A program made the translations under genes and the position numbers. A stretch of 64,000 nucleotides of DNA from Eledone cirrhosa (lineage: Eukaryota), in the NCBI GenBank assembly GCA_964016885.1, contig CAXHJY010001555.1:38891-102890 (forward strand), in the 5' to 3' direction. Of this stretch, positions 1 through 12,298 are shown one piece after another (the stretch's first letter is position 1; each line of letters begins with the position of its first letter). Under the pieces are notes generated by a model, which was given only the letters and a program-made list of their open reading frames with translations, was not told the DNA's origin and searched no databases.

Positions 1-1215
1 CAATAAACACTTTACAACTTCACATAAATACTATAAAATCTTTAACTCGCGCACCATTAGACTCTCATACTCCACTGCACCTAACATAGAACAACTAATT
101 AAAAAACTCAACTCAGCAATACTAAATAAGTACATCCCTAATGACTCAGCGCACCAGCATAGCAACATACAACGCACTAACACGCAACTACAACCCCACC
201 AAACTATCCAGGATTCTACTGCAAAACATAAAAATAATTGTAACTGCACCAAACCAAGTACGTGCCCACTGAATAACCAGTGCCTAGCACGCAATATTGT
301 CTACCGATGTACAATAAATTCCGGAATCAACAAATGGTATTACGTCGGATGTACCGCAACTTCTTTCAAAGCTCGCCTATACCAACATCGATCTTCGATC
401 AAGCACGAGAAAATGCGCTCCGTAACAACCCTCGCCGATAAAGCCTGGCAGCTCCGGAGGAACAATCAAGCATTCTCCCCTTGATTGGCAAATTATTGCA
501 GCTGCGCCTGCATATAAGCAAAATCATCGATTCTGCAAATTATGCAATTTGGAGATATACTGCATTTTAACGTCGGTAAACAAACTTTTTAACAGCGAAA
601 TTGAACGTTCACTATACTGTAAACATCGTTTGAAAACGACTTTTCCTTTTTTTTTTTTTAAATGCATATAATGTTACCTTTTTACACCACCGTTTGCAAA
701 TTTCTGTTTTATATGTTTATACACAAGATATGTTTTCTGCACCCCTTTAGAAATAACCTGCTACTATAAAAGCCCCAATAACTTGTCTGTAACTCTGTAC
801 CACTTTGACCCCTTTAACTAAATTTTGTCCGAACAACACCACGAGAAGAATTTACTTAACCTGCCAACCCTAACACACCTCATTAAGCTAACTGCTTCCA
901 AAATATTCTCTCCTTACAATCTCTACTAGTCTGACAGTCTTAAATCCTAGGACTCCCTCCCCCTTACTCACTTCCCTCTTCCCCTTCTCTTCCTACCTCC
1001 TTCTTTCTCTTTTATCTAGTCTATAAAGTATTTTCATATCATTACAATACAAAGGTCTGACGACATGGTGTGTTTGCTTGCAGTGCACCTTCGGTTTATG
1101 ATAATATTTTTATATTATTCAAATAGTGAGGTATAGGTAACCCATACACTATAGAAACAATTGTTACCTAATAAATTCTTTATACCCGCATTTCCGTTTC
1201 ATAAACTTCTTCTCC

Positions 1216-1217
<2 letters not shown>
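1..1217 (+). mobile_element. 3' part of a PLE (Hydra-like group): disrupted GIY-YIG region, 3' UTR and pLTR
   Basis: Manual + strand translation gives IFNSRTIRLSYSTAPN...CNCTKPSTCPLNNQCLARNIVYRCTI...YYVGCTATSFKARLYQHRSS, homologous to the ORF at 55665-56654. Frameshifts follow. Ends in (TA)n at about 1218. Confidence 0.85.
1053..1169 (+). ncRNA. Type I hammerhead ribozyme with a 90-nt helix II region
   Basis: aggt-CTGACGA-catggtgt...acactata-GAAA-caattg-TT-acct. Helix I is aggt/acct, helix III is palindromic ACAATTGT, cleavage triplet GUU. Confidence 0.65.
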
Positions 1218-1242
<25 letters not shown>

Positions 1243-1246
<4 letters not shown>

Positions 1247-1806
1247 TGAAAGGAATTCCAACTTTGTCTGATTTACTCGTTTTATTTATAATCCTTTAAA
1301 ATGTATAATGGTATTGTTAGTGGTGGTATTTGACATGACAACAACAACAACAACAACAATAAAAGTGATGTTGATGGTGATGATTACAAGAAAATGCTAT
1401 TTTCATCATTTCTAAAAATAACAAACAATTGATGCTTTGGACAGGGTCAATTAGTAGTCGTTAGACATGCTCAACCAACCGTGACGCCTAAATCAATCAG
1501 CTTTAGTAACTCAGTGAAACTACACACAGATTGGTCGAAATACAATTTGCAAAATTTAGCATCCTGTAGCCGCTTTTCACTGTATATAAGGCACAAAATT
1601 TACCCATCTCATTACAGTTGAAAATTGCAAACTTGACTGTCACCACAGAATATGAACCTGAGGATTGCGAAATCATGAAGGTACTTGTTCAATTAACACT
1701 TAACATTTAATATTCTACCATACTATTTCATTCTAATACCATTATACATTTTAAAGGATTGTAAATAAAACGAGTAAATCAGACAAAGTTGGAATTCCTT
1801 TTATTA
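1243..1806 (+). mobile_element. Short PLE 3'-end/pLTR copy with about 70-bp inverted termini; same family as 39732-43370
   Basis: 1243-1315 is the reverse complement of about 1735-1806. The body matches the reverse complement of about 39732-40180. (TA)n lies on the left. Confidence 0.85.
1653..1691 (+). ncRNA. Minimal type I HHR with one core substitution (GAAG)
   Basis: tgaac-CTGAGGA-ttgcgaaatcat-GAAG-gtac-TT-gttca. The sister copy at 39849-39887 has GAAA, so the consensus of the two is canonical. Confidence 0.6.
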
Positions 1807-1821
1807 TTATAATAAAATAGA

Positions 1822-2002
1822 GAGGTGAATTGGCAGTATCGGTAGAGGGTTGGACGTCATGCTTTCTAGCATAGTTACGTCCCTTTATGGTCTGAGTTCA
1901 AATCCCGTCGAGGTTTACTTTGCCTTTCATTGTCGATAAAATAAAGTACCAGTAATGTACTGGTAAATTGCTGGCCATGTGCCAAAAATAGAAACAATTA
2001 TT
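1822..2002 (+). mobile_element. tRNA-derived SINE with Nin-like central domain
   Basis: A-box-like tggcagtatcgg, B box gagttcaaatcc, then gcctttcat..gtcgataaaataaagtaccag. Many copies occur in the window. Confidence 0.8.
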
Positions 2003-2057
2003 TTAATCTTCTATACACAATCATACAGACCCGTGTATATTAATCTCTCTCTCTCTA

Positions 2058-2125
<68 letters not shown>

Positions 2126-2608
2126 ACATGGGAAGAAAGAGAAAAACTGCGTGGTTGCACATGGGTTACATATTATAAAATTAGTCCCTCATCAGTGATT
2201 TGCCAACCATCATTGGTATTTCATCGCATTAAAAAATCATATACCTCAGGTTGGTGCGAGCAATAACTAAAATAAGCTATTGGGACAAGTGAAATGCGTA
2301 AAGCGAGTGAGACAAGTAAACAACATAGAAGGAAAAGCAAACCGAAGGTAGGAAAAAAAAAAGCAACATGATGGTTATCCGATCAGCATAAGCTGGGTGA
2401 ATTTCATGAGCGGTCAGAAAACAGACCGTTCGACGTGAATGAGATGTGAGAAAGAAAGAATCCCACTACTAACGAACGGGAGGAAGTGAGAAGGTGAGAA
2501 ACAGAGAGTGAGTGAGTGGAAGTGCCAGGAAGAGGTCAGTCGAGAGAAAGTGTAACTGACAGAGGGGGCGAAAGAAGGTGAGAGAAACAGAGAGAACGGG
2601 GGAGCATC

Positions 2609-2716
2609 CTGCCGAGGTTAACTTTGCCTTTCATCCTTACGGGGTCGATAAAATGAAATACCAGTAATGTACTGGATAATTGCTGGCCTTGTGCCAAAAG
2701 TAGAAACAATTATTAC
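2609..2716 (+). mobile_element. 5'-truncated Nin-like SINE
   Basis: gccgaggttaactttgcctttcatccttacggggtcgataaaatgaaataccag...gtagaaacaattatt. Confidence 0.8.
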
Positions 2717-3329
2717 TCGGAGCATAGCTTCATCGAGTGCTTGGCTGCATATTCCTAATTGTATTCCGTTGCCTGGCTACAGTTGAAACTTCGATTTTAC
2801 TAAACTTCCATTCGTATATATATATATATACATGCGTACTTCTGGTAGGATTCTAGAATCTTTCAGTGATTTGTAAAACGCCAGAGGTCTATTCAGCACC
2901 GTTGTGGTTGATATAGCATTTTTGGGTGTATGATAATTGAATAGCTCTAGATATTTGAGAATACCTTTGCCACGAGCTTATTTACACTTCGAAATTGATT
3001 TTAGCACTGAGATATTTTTGGTACATGTTTGTCAGCTGGGTTTTTACTATCTATAATCTAAAGTAAAAAAAAAAAATGGTTCCTATTTCTCAGGAAATAG
3101 GAAATAACCCAGAAATAGGGAATAACCCCGTTTATTGACAAAATTAATTGCTTGACTTGTACCCACCGAGGTGAGACTTTGTGGCAAACAATAAGTTCCT
3201 CTCTTTCCTCGCAATCAGTTGTCAATTTTTCAAGACAGCAGCCACGTTTGAATTTCTGTAGTTATTGCAAACGTTGGTAGGTTTCTAATTTAGACATGGA
3301 ATGTGTCAAAAGCGATGCAGGTATATATA

Positions 3330-3373
<44 letters not shown>

Positions 3374-3469
3374 AAATTTAACTCGAAAGTAGAGTTTTGA
3401 AACGCGAATGTATAAGATAATTTTAACATCTTGACTTTTTGTTTATATATATATATATATATATTATAT

Positions 3470-3680
3470 GTAGTAGAGTGGGTAATAGGAGAAAGTATGA
3501 CACCGACGGCAGAGCTCAAGCCGTTTCGACGGCAATTTCTGGACCAGAAATAGCCGTCGAAACGGTTTGAGCTCTGCCGTCGGTGTCATACTTTCTCCTA
3601 TTACCCACTCTACTACCCTAAGTATTGAGTACTCTGGTGCGTTATGGTCCATCTGGTTCCTTACCATAACTCCTTCGTTG
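3470..3680. mobile_element. Short fold-back element with a 73-bp-arm palindrome, inserted in (TA)n; second copy at 36155-36345
   Basis: Near-perfect inverted repeat 3470-3616 centred on 3543, followed by a unique tail shared with the second copy. Confidence 0.8.
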
Positions 3681-3753
3681 TGTATATATAATATATATAT
3701 ATATATAAACAAAAAGTCAACAGGTTAAAATTAACTTCGTTTATCCATATTCA

Positions 3754-3810
3754 CTGTTACATATAATTCAGTGATAAGCCTTACACAGCAGCTATGACCT
3801 CATCAGACAA
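3754..3810 (-). ncRNA. Degenerate type I HHR (GAAA changed to GAAT)
   Basis: Minus strand reads ttgt-CTGATGA-ggt...act-GAAT-tatatg-TA-acag. Confidence 0.45.
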
Positions 3811-3927
3811 CTAGAATGTGAAGAGAAAAAACAGAAAAACATAACGATGGAATAAAGTTTACTGCTGTTATTTAGATTTTTTTAATATGCTCAGCGCTAA
3901 AGCTTGTTGTTATCTCAAAGCACTGGT

Positions 3928-3980
<53 letters not shown>

Positions 3981-3984
<4 letters not shown>

Positions 3985-4842
3985 AAGATGAATATAAAAT
4001 GAAAGTGCTTTTTTTGAAAAGGAATTTATTAGGTATTGACATATGTTTCTGTAACAGACGGAATACCTATGTATCGCTGCTTGCGTAATCATATAATGTT
4101 AGCAAGTATTCGATAGCAAATGTATAATCAGTTGTCACTTCTTCAGAGATTTTGGATAAACCGGATAAAATCAGAAAAATTGAAGTATTTATATTAGTAA
4201 TAGGGGAAGAAGAGAGGGGATAGTATATGACAGATGGTAATTCAATTTACTGTTAAACAAGTATATAAAGGGTTTCTGATGAGAATACCATGAGTAAATG
4301 GTTCATTTTATCTAAATAAGAATTTTTGGGAGTGCCAATTTTAATCTCTACTTGACCAATTGGACAGTGGACAGGGCTGGTCATTTGGTGTAGTAGTATT
4401 AATTATAAAGTGTCAATTGGGGAAGGGGGAGATTTCGATTGCTGCTGAATAACATCAATGCTAGTAGCCAGCTGGTATATGCATTAGGGAATTGAATTAA
4501 GAAATCAGAAATCTCATTTTATCTATAGCAGTTTATATTAAATGGTAAATAATAGAAGAGTTGATTGAATTAAGACTAATAGAGAATGTTAATATCTATT
4601 TTGACAATCAAACGGAGATATAGACAGGCGTTCAATCCTGGTAGTATTTATAATATGAAAATGTAGATTTTAAGCGATGGTTACAGTATAACGATCGCTC
4701 TATTCTGTTATTTAATAAAATGTTTTTGGATTTCATAATACAAAATAATTCTACATTACATAATTTACAAAATTCCTGTCCGATGGAATATGAGGGGCGC
4801 AGCCGCTATTATATCCCATTTTAGGTGAAATTGTTGGTTATT
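3981..4842 (-). mobile_element. 3' fragment of a Hydra-like PLE (end of the endonuclease plus 3' UTR)
   Basis: Minus strand about 4650-4800 reads SYSIGQEFCKLCNVELFCIMKSKNILLNNRIERSLYCNHRLKSTF, matching the C-terminus of 55665-56654. Ends at (TA)n. Confidence 0.75.
4032..4152 (-). ncRNA. HHR core with a 90-nt helix II region; helix I decayed
   Basis: Minus strand reads CTGAAGA-a-gtgaca...tgttac-a-GAAA-catatg-TC, with palindromic helix III and a GUC triplet. Confidence 0.5.
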
Positions 4843-4889
4843 TGACAATACATGTTTTGACACTGGATTTCATATCAAAAACCTTGCGA

Positions 4890-4930
<41 letters not shown>

Positions 4931-4935
<5 letters not shown>

Positions 4936-5774
4936 TCGCAAGGTTTTTGATATGAAATCCAGTGTCAAAACATGTATTGTCATACTTGGGGAAATTCATA
5001 TTGTTGTAATAATTTGCCTGAAATAATAAAAGAACACACTCACTGTTTGGTGGGTTTTCGCTTCTGTACCTCTTGTATCTCCATAGTTAATTTATTTGTC
5101 AATCAACGTTTATCATTGATTGACCAACGGTTAAAAATACAGATATAAATATATATATAGTCTATCAAAGTTCTTTCGTTGCATCTGCAACATCAGTGGT
5201 ACTATTATTATCTTCCCTCCTATTGTATTGTATTGTATTATATTGTAATGTCTACGCCATTTTTATTTTATATATTTATTTATTTCTTCTGTTGACTACC
5301 CTTCCAAACACCCTAACAATAGATAACCAGCATTAGACACGGAACTCTGAATTAACACTATAGACGAGAGGGTCCACATTCTCCACTCACACTATGCTAA
5401 ACCCATGGGCTCCAAATACCTGATACTCAAAAGCTCAGCAATGTCCAATAGTGCTAAGTTTAATATTCTGATCGCAGACATGGTATGAGTGATGAAGAAT
5501 GTGTCACGCATGTGCGACCCAACTGAAATGGAAAGACACATCCAACATTTCATCAACCGCATGCAGTTCTCTGGCTACAACCAAAGACACAGAATCAGAA
5601 TATACAAAGGGGCCACGGAGAAGTATAAGACCCTCGTATAAATTGACACGAAAGGAATTTGCCCATTATGCAGGAGCAAATCATGGAATAACTTAGATAG
5701 GACTAAACATAAGATTGGGAAAGCCACTTCATGGTACGACAACCAGAGATACCAGAGTGTCATGTTTGTGCATG

Positions 5775-5776
<2 letters not shown>
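4931..5776 (+). mobile_element. Truncated relative of the 28-31.6 kb PLE: inverted tail and pLTR followed by an RT thumb-region fragment
   Basis: 4931-5290 resembles 28010-28390. 5295-5775 is highly similar to about 30065-30545 (ccaaacaccctaacaatag...gtgtcatgtttgtg). Confidence 0.85.
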
Positions 5777-5804
<28 letters not shown>

Positions 5805-5812
<8 letters not shown>

Positions 5813-6316
5813 ATACTTTGGGAGGGTCATGTGGCCAATAAGAAACACACGCACCAGTTGCTTTCACTTCAATTTATTATAAATTAAATTATAAATTTAT
5901 AAATTTATAAATTTCCGGTTGGTTGTTTCTTTCGTCACACATTCTGTGACCTCTTCATTGACTGCGGATTCTTTTCTTTGTCTTGTGCCTCTCCTTTGTT
6001 CTGTCCTACGCCATCTTGTTTTTTGCGACACACAAAAACAAGATGGCGTAGGACAGAACAAGGGAGAGGCACAGAACAAAGAAAAGAGGTCACAGAATCT
6101 GTGACGAAAGAACTTTGGCAATATATGAACAACCGTTCGGTTGTGGAACCAGCCAACCAACCGGAAATTTATAAATTTTTAAATTTATAATAAATTGAAG
6201 TGAATTCTACTGGTGCGTGTGTTTCTTATTGGCAACATGACCCTCCCAAAGTATAACAATATAGGTTTCAACACACGTTTTCAGCTAAAGAATCTTGCTA
6301 AACAAATTCAGAAACG

Positions 6317-6320
<4 letters not shown>
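5805..6320. mobile_element. Non-autonomous PLE derivative made of two inverted pLTR copies; only the right copy has the 3' tail
   Basis: About 5805-6030 is inverted at about 6030-6262, followed by the tail ggtttcaacacacgttttcagc...gaaacgaaa. Both flanks are (TA)n. Degenerate HHR halves (gtcacaga..gtgacgaaag) are present. Confidence 0.8.
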
Positions 6321-6358
<38 letters not shown>

Positions 6359-7524
6359 CAGTGTGTCTTCATATCTAATAAGAAAAAAAGTTACATCACG
6401 CATGGTTTCATTATCGCCAAGCAGTAAAATCTCCTCATTATTGACTTTATATTAAGCTATCACGGAGGTGTGTTTGTATGTCTGTGTGTATCTGTGTGAA
6501 TGTTTGCCGTAGGGACTTTACCTGATTACTAATATCATAATTCATACAGATTCTGCTTCGGCATACACATTTCACAGTTAATAATGTATATGAAATGTAT
6601 ACATAATAGTAGATGTTAATAGGTTATGCCAGCATTCTGATATTTTGTGAAGACTGGAAAATATTTTTTTTTTATCTTTTATCCCGTTGACAGTGAATCG
6701 AATCACATTGTTATTGAATATTTCATCGGAGAATTACCACGTATTTTGTTAGTCCGTCAAAATACCTGATTTTTTTCTTCGTATAAAAAGCATATTTTTT
6801 ACTTTCTTTTCTCATCTTAAAATGCTTCAACGGAATCTAACAATGAAGTTATTGACGTAGCTCTTTGCTGTATTCAAAACATCTTATGAATAAGGTAGAA
6901 ATATATTCCACAATTAAACCAAAATATATGAATACATCAGTTTACATTAGATATTGGATATATTCGAAGCAATATTACCAGCCTGAGTAAAGTGTAGAAA
7001 TGAATTCAATTTATCAATTTCGTAGAAGTTCGAGTACGGTGATACATTACTTAAAATTCTTCTGTCGTATTTCATTTATCCAATCACCATGTTTAAAAAC
7101 ATTCCTTTTCTATGCATTTAGTTATCAACTTTCAATACGTTGTGGATGCAGCAGGATTTAAGAAGCTCACTTTCCAACATTAGTTCGTGGGTTGAATTCC
7201 ATTTGTTGGCATCTAGGGCTAGTGTCATTTATCATAGCTTCTTGTGCACACTTGCCTTCTTAGAGAAATTGGTTAGACGGAAACTGTTTCAACGCCTGTC
7301 AAATGGACTGTGGCACTAAAGAGCCAGCTTGGTCACAACTGTATCACGCTGAATATCCCTGAGAATTATATGATGGGGAACATGTGTGTGTGAGATGCTC
7401 AGCCACTTACACGATACTTTTATTAAATGGCTGTTTCGTTGCTCGAATAACTGGAACGTAACTCTATGGCACAAAGCTTGATGTCCGACGCTCTGCCGAT
7501 ATTGCCAATTCAACGTTCTATAAT

Positions 7525-7690
7525 GGCTTCTGATTTAGGTACGAGGCAAACATTTTGGGGGTGGATCGGAAAATCGGTTAAATCGACCCCACTGTGCTAC
7601 TGGTATTTTATTTTATCGACCATATAATGCAAAGGGGCGTAACTATATGCCACAAAGCATGTTGTCTGACACTGTTTTTACCGATACCGT
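7525..7690 (-). mobile_element. Degenerate Nin-like SINE
   Basis: ctggtattttattttatcgac and related motifs in reverse orientation. Confidence 0.6.
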
Positions 7691-7941
7691 CAATACTTGC
7701 TAAAAATGATAACCAAAATCCCCCTCAAAATAGACCCTTAATACACTTTCTCGTCTAAAAGAGTACACATTCGACAATGCTCTCCACAATATATTACTTC
7801 TGATTAGCGAAACGGGATGGTCACGGTAAGAACTTCTCTGATTATAAATGTATTCAATCAGCGTTGGTTGGTATGAATTACAGCAATAACTACAACAATT
7901 TACTCAAAAATGTCGTTCTGAATTTACACAGAGCTAAACAT

Positions 7942-7978
<37 letters not shown>

Positions 7979-8620
7979 CATATAAATAAATAAAAGGGAG
8001 ATGTAATAGTTATTGAAGCGTTCTGTATATTTTTCTGTCTGTTTGATGGTTAAATATTTCAAACAAACGTGCTTTTCGACCCTCGTAATTTTAAACACAC
8101 GATTTACTGTGTTTATTACTACATATATTATTATATATATACATAGAGATTTTCATGTTGGAATAAAGATGGCTCAAGCCGTTCATCTCATTTGATCAAT
8201 GTCAATATTGAAGGTCTGAGAGAATCTGAGAGATTGCTTCTCATTAACTTATCTCTGTATGAGTTGTCACGTGATATCTTACTGCCTTTAGCGAAATTTC
8301 AATGTTTTTTCTTTCACACATATCAGTATCACAATATATACGATATTGCCAGCACCCAACACACATATACATTTGATGTATGTATGTAGGTATATGTATG
8401 TATATATGCATATATATATGTATATAAATATATATGTATGTTTGTATATATGTATGTATATCAGAGAAAAGAGTATTACAATATCATTACTGTGTAATGA
8501 TATTATAACCTGTTGCCTCTGTTTGAAAGTAAACAGTATTGTTTTTAGGTTTTACTATCTATCATTAGATGTTTCCGAATATATGATTATACATTCATTA
8601 TTTCATGCACACACAGACAT

Positions 8621-8734
<114 letters not shown>

Positions 8735-9976
8735 GCGCGCGCAAACACGCGCGCACACACAGACACACACACTGTATTGGAGCACATTCATCTCCGATTG
8801 TGAGTGGTTTTGAACAACAGACACATTATTATAGTGAAACTGTGTGGCAAGTCAGGCACATTTAATTGCATGTATAATTCGTTTTAAGTAACACCAGACC
8901 AGGATCTCCATCGTCTCTAATACCTCCAATCAGTCCACCGAAAGAATACGATCGTAAATACAACCTGCTGAAATTGGGTTTCTCCGAAGAGTTTTTCGAG
9001 TAACGTTATTCGACATACAACGAACGAAAAACTAGCAATCGACTGATGAGTTGGGAGTGTCTATTTAATTAGTTTACCTTTCGTCTTTGTCTATATTTCT
9101 TCTATAGATTTCATACGACTTTAGCCAAACGGGACTCTTTTTTATATACATGTATATATATATATTAATATTTGATATTTTAATAAATATTTGCTCTATG
9201 GTTTTTTATATATATATATATATATATTAATTCAAAATATTAACAAAATAGATATTCTTGTGATCAATTATATTTTATTATACATATTTCAGAGGTACTG
9301 AGTTAAGTCAGAGACACGGCGACTGCTGTTAACTTCAGTTGAGGTCATAAAAGTTTTCAGATTCCTATCGCTGCAAAAGACGCTGGACATCAATCAAATC
9401 TGTAGGGATACAGTCAGTCACAGTTAAAGTGAGTGGGTACACACACATTCCACACCCACATTCACCGGCTCGAGGTCAAAGAAAAATATATACATATATA
9501 CACACATAAACACAGTATTAAACCTGTACAGTTAGTGTGGGTGGGTACACACACACCGAAGCGATGTCAGAGAAAAATATAAGAATGTACCAACACAGCA
9601 CTCACCTAAAGTTAGTTCACAAAACAACAGAAGCTATATTGGTCAAATCTCAATTTGACGATGTAAATTGGAAATATTGGGTTAGCCAACGCCCCAAACA
9701 CACACAAGCAAGTAACCCAATATTTCCAATTTTATCAAATTTAAAACTTGAATAAAAGGTTTAGAACGGTTGAAAACGAGGTAAAACGTTGAAAAAAACT
9801 GGAGGCGATAAGAAGCGTGGCTTCACCAACAACAATAATAATAATAATAATGTTACCCATAGGCAGATCTCGCATAATGCAGCCTCGACAGAAGAATATT
9901 GCTCGCCTGTGGCAGATAATAGATAGACCCAGGACACCATAGTGAAATACCAATATATGGAACCTATATAGAACTA

Positions 9977-10007
<31 letters not shown>

Positions 10008-10152
10008 TGTATGTATGTATGTATGTATGTATGTATGTATATATATATATATATATATATATACATACATCTAAAACCGCAATGGATAGTGATGTGATAT
10101 TATTATACCCTCTCAGGACTTTATAATTAAGGACTTTGCTATATGAATATCT

Positions 10153-10192
10153 GCCTCCGACGAGCCCCCATAGGCGAAACACGTGTAAGAGC
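10153..10192 (+). ncRNA. Degenerate minimal type I HHR in a solo pLTR-like segment
   Basis: gcct-CCGACGA-gcc-cccata-ggc-GAAA-cacgtg-TA-agagc, with core U4 changed to C. Confidence 0.5.
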
Positions 10193-10414
10193 TATATAAA
10201 GATATGTTTTAATGGCTTGTAACTCTTTCATTCACTCATTCTTTTGCTTATTCCAGCTCTGCTTAATCCTTGCACTAAATATTAACTTTCTCTAATATTT
10301 AACACTGATAACCCAAGCATTGAGGACACAACGCATCTGCGTTTGGCATGTAGTATTCTGTATCGAACCTCTTTATATTTCTCCTCTCTATCCTCTCTTA
10401 CGATACTATAACCC

Positions 10415-10460
<46 letters not shown>

Positions 10461-10617
10461 TATTTACGTATCGAGAGAGAGAAAAAAGGGAAGATAGGTG
10501 ATACATATAGTTATTTGCCAAGTAGCGTATGCCAAAGGAGCTCGATACTAGTGCCGGCAGTATTAAATATTCGAAGTGTTAATATTTAGTGGGCTAGAGA
10601 ATTAGCAGAGCGTAAGC

Positions 10618-10699
10618 ACGTGGGAAAGTAAGAAATCGGGGAATAGACCGTTAAAACATGTTTTAACGGTCTATTCTCCGATTTCTTACTTTCCCACGT
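10618..10699. repeat. About 40-bp-arm palindrome (fold-back end of a pLTR-like repeat)
   Basis: acgtgggaaagtaagaaatcggggaatagaccgttaaaaca|tgttttaacggtctattctccgatttcttactttcccacgt. Confidence 0.9.
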
Positions 10700-10766
10700 A
10701 TATATATATATATTATTTATATGTATATATATATATATATATTATTTATATGTATATATATATTAT

Positions 10767-10802
<36 letters not shown>

Positions 10803-11486
10803 CCGACTACCCTATATATAGGTTTTTGTTGGTTTCTTTCTCTGGTTTCAATTATTTGACTATGATCACATTTTAAATTGACTATGATCACCAATTTAAA
10901 TTCGATCACATCGACCCCTAAATTTATGCTTTTCAAGTCTCGAAAGTGTTTAATAGATCTCTTTTTGTTGAAAGTACTGTCTATAAACATCGACCGAGGC
11001 ATAAGGGTAAACAATGACGCTCCCTTCTGCCAATCATACACTCACGTATACGAGGCTGTTATCTCACTCCACCTCACACTTTCGTCTTATACTTCTCTTT
11101 TTCATTTATTTCCTCAGTCTTTATTCACCGATCTATCCCATAAATCGCCTTCCTCTTTCTCACAAACGTAAATACAGTACTATAACCACCAGATCAATCT
11201 CCTGATCAAGCAATTTGATCTAGTAAATGCATAAAATAGACCATAATTTGCATTAGACACAATCACATAGTCATATCAATTTATAAAATCGATTACGCAA
11301 CAAAATTTTTCACGAGGAATATAATCGATTATATTGATCAGGTAATTGAGTCTTACTGTATTGACAACGAAAAGATCAAAGGCAAAGTTGAAGTTGGTTA
11401 AAATTCTATGTTAAAAGACGCAACTAAATACTGCGTGGCATATTGTTGGCACCCTACATATTAAGTCAGCCCACAATTAATATTAA

Positions 11487-11703
11487 TGGTTTCTGATTTA
11501 GGCACAATGCCTATAATTTTGGGGACGTGAAGGGCGAATAAATTGACCCCAGTGTATTACTGGCACTTTATTTTTATCGACACCGTAAGGGTGAAAGGCA
11601 AAGCTAACCTCGACGGGATTTGAATTCAGAGCTTAAAGAGCCGTAAATCTATGCCACAAAATATTTTGTCTGACGCTCAACCGATTACTGCCAACCAACC
11701 ACC
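11487..11703 (-). mobile_element. Nin-like SINE
   Basis: Reverse-complement B box (ggatttgaattc) and ttatcgacaccgtaagggtgaaaggc. Confidence 0.75.
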
Positions 11704-12115
11704 CTGTCCACAATCAATATAATGAAGCAATGTTTCACATTTTTAACTAACATGTCTCAAAATTAAAACCATTTTGCTTTGAAAGAACCTAATATTATTA
11801 AATCAATTTGAATACATTTAATGATTGTAAATTTGAGATATGAAATACGGCTGCGCATATTGCGGTGGTTTGATCCGATATAACTTTTGTCAGAAGGTAT
11901 GTAGGCGGAAATTCCAGAATTGACGGCAGATGGCGGGATTTCAGTGTTTCAAACAACTAAATAGATAATTCGATAGATTCCTTACGTAAAATGAGAAAAT
12001 ATCGATGCAGATACAGAGAACTTGATAGAACACTAATCTGATCGATATCGAAATAATTGTAATATGGTAATAACGTGTTTATATATACTGAACACTGACT
12101 TCGACTCTACAAATC

Positions 12116-12298
<183 letters not shown>

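Noticed and set aside
2140-2200. Minus-strand ctgatgaggg (also ctgatga at about 4276, 9043 and 26515)
   Set aside because: No correctly placed GAAA or helix III.
8885-8972. Possible further Gly-rich ALK exon on the minus strand (YSFGGLIGGIRDDGDPG)
   Set aside because: No convincing donor site and no recognisable ALK motif.
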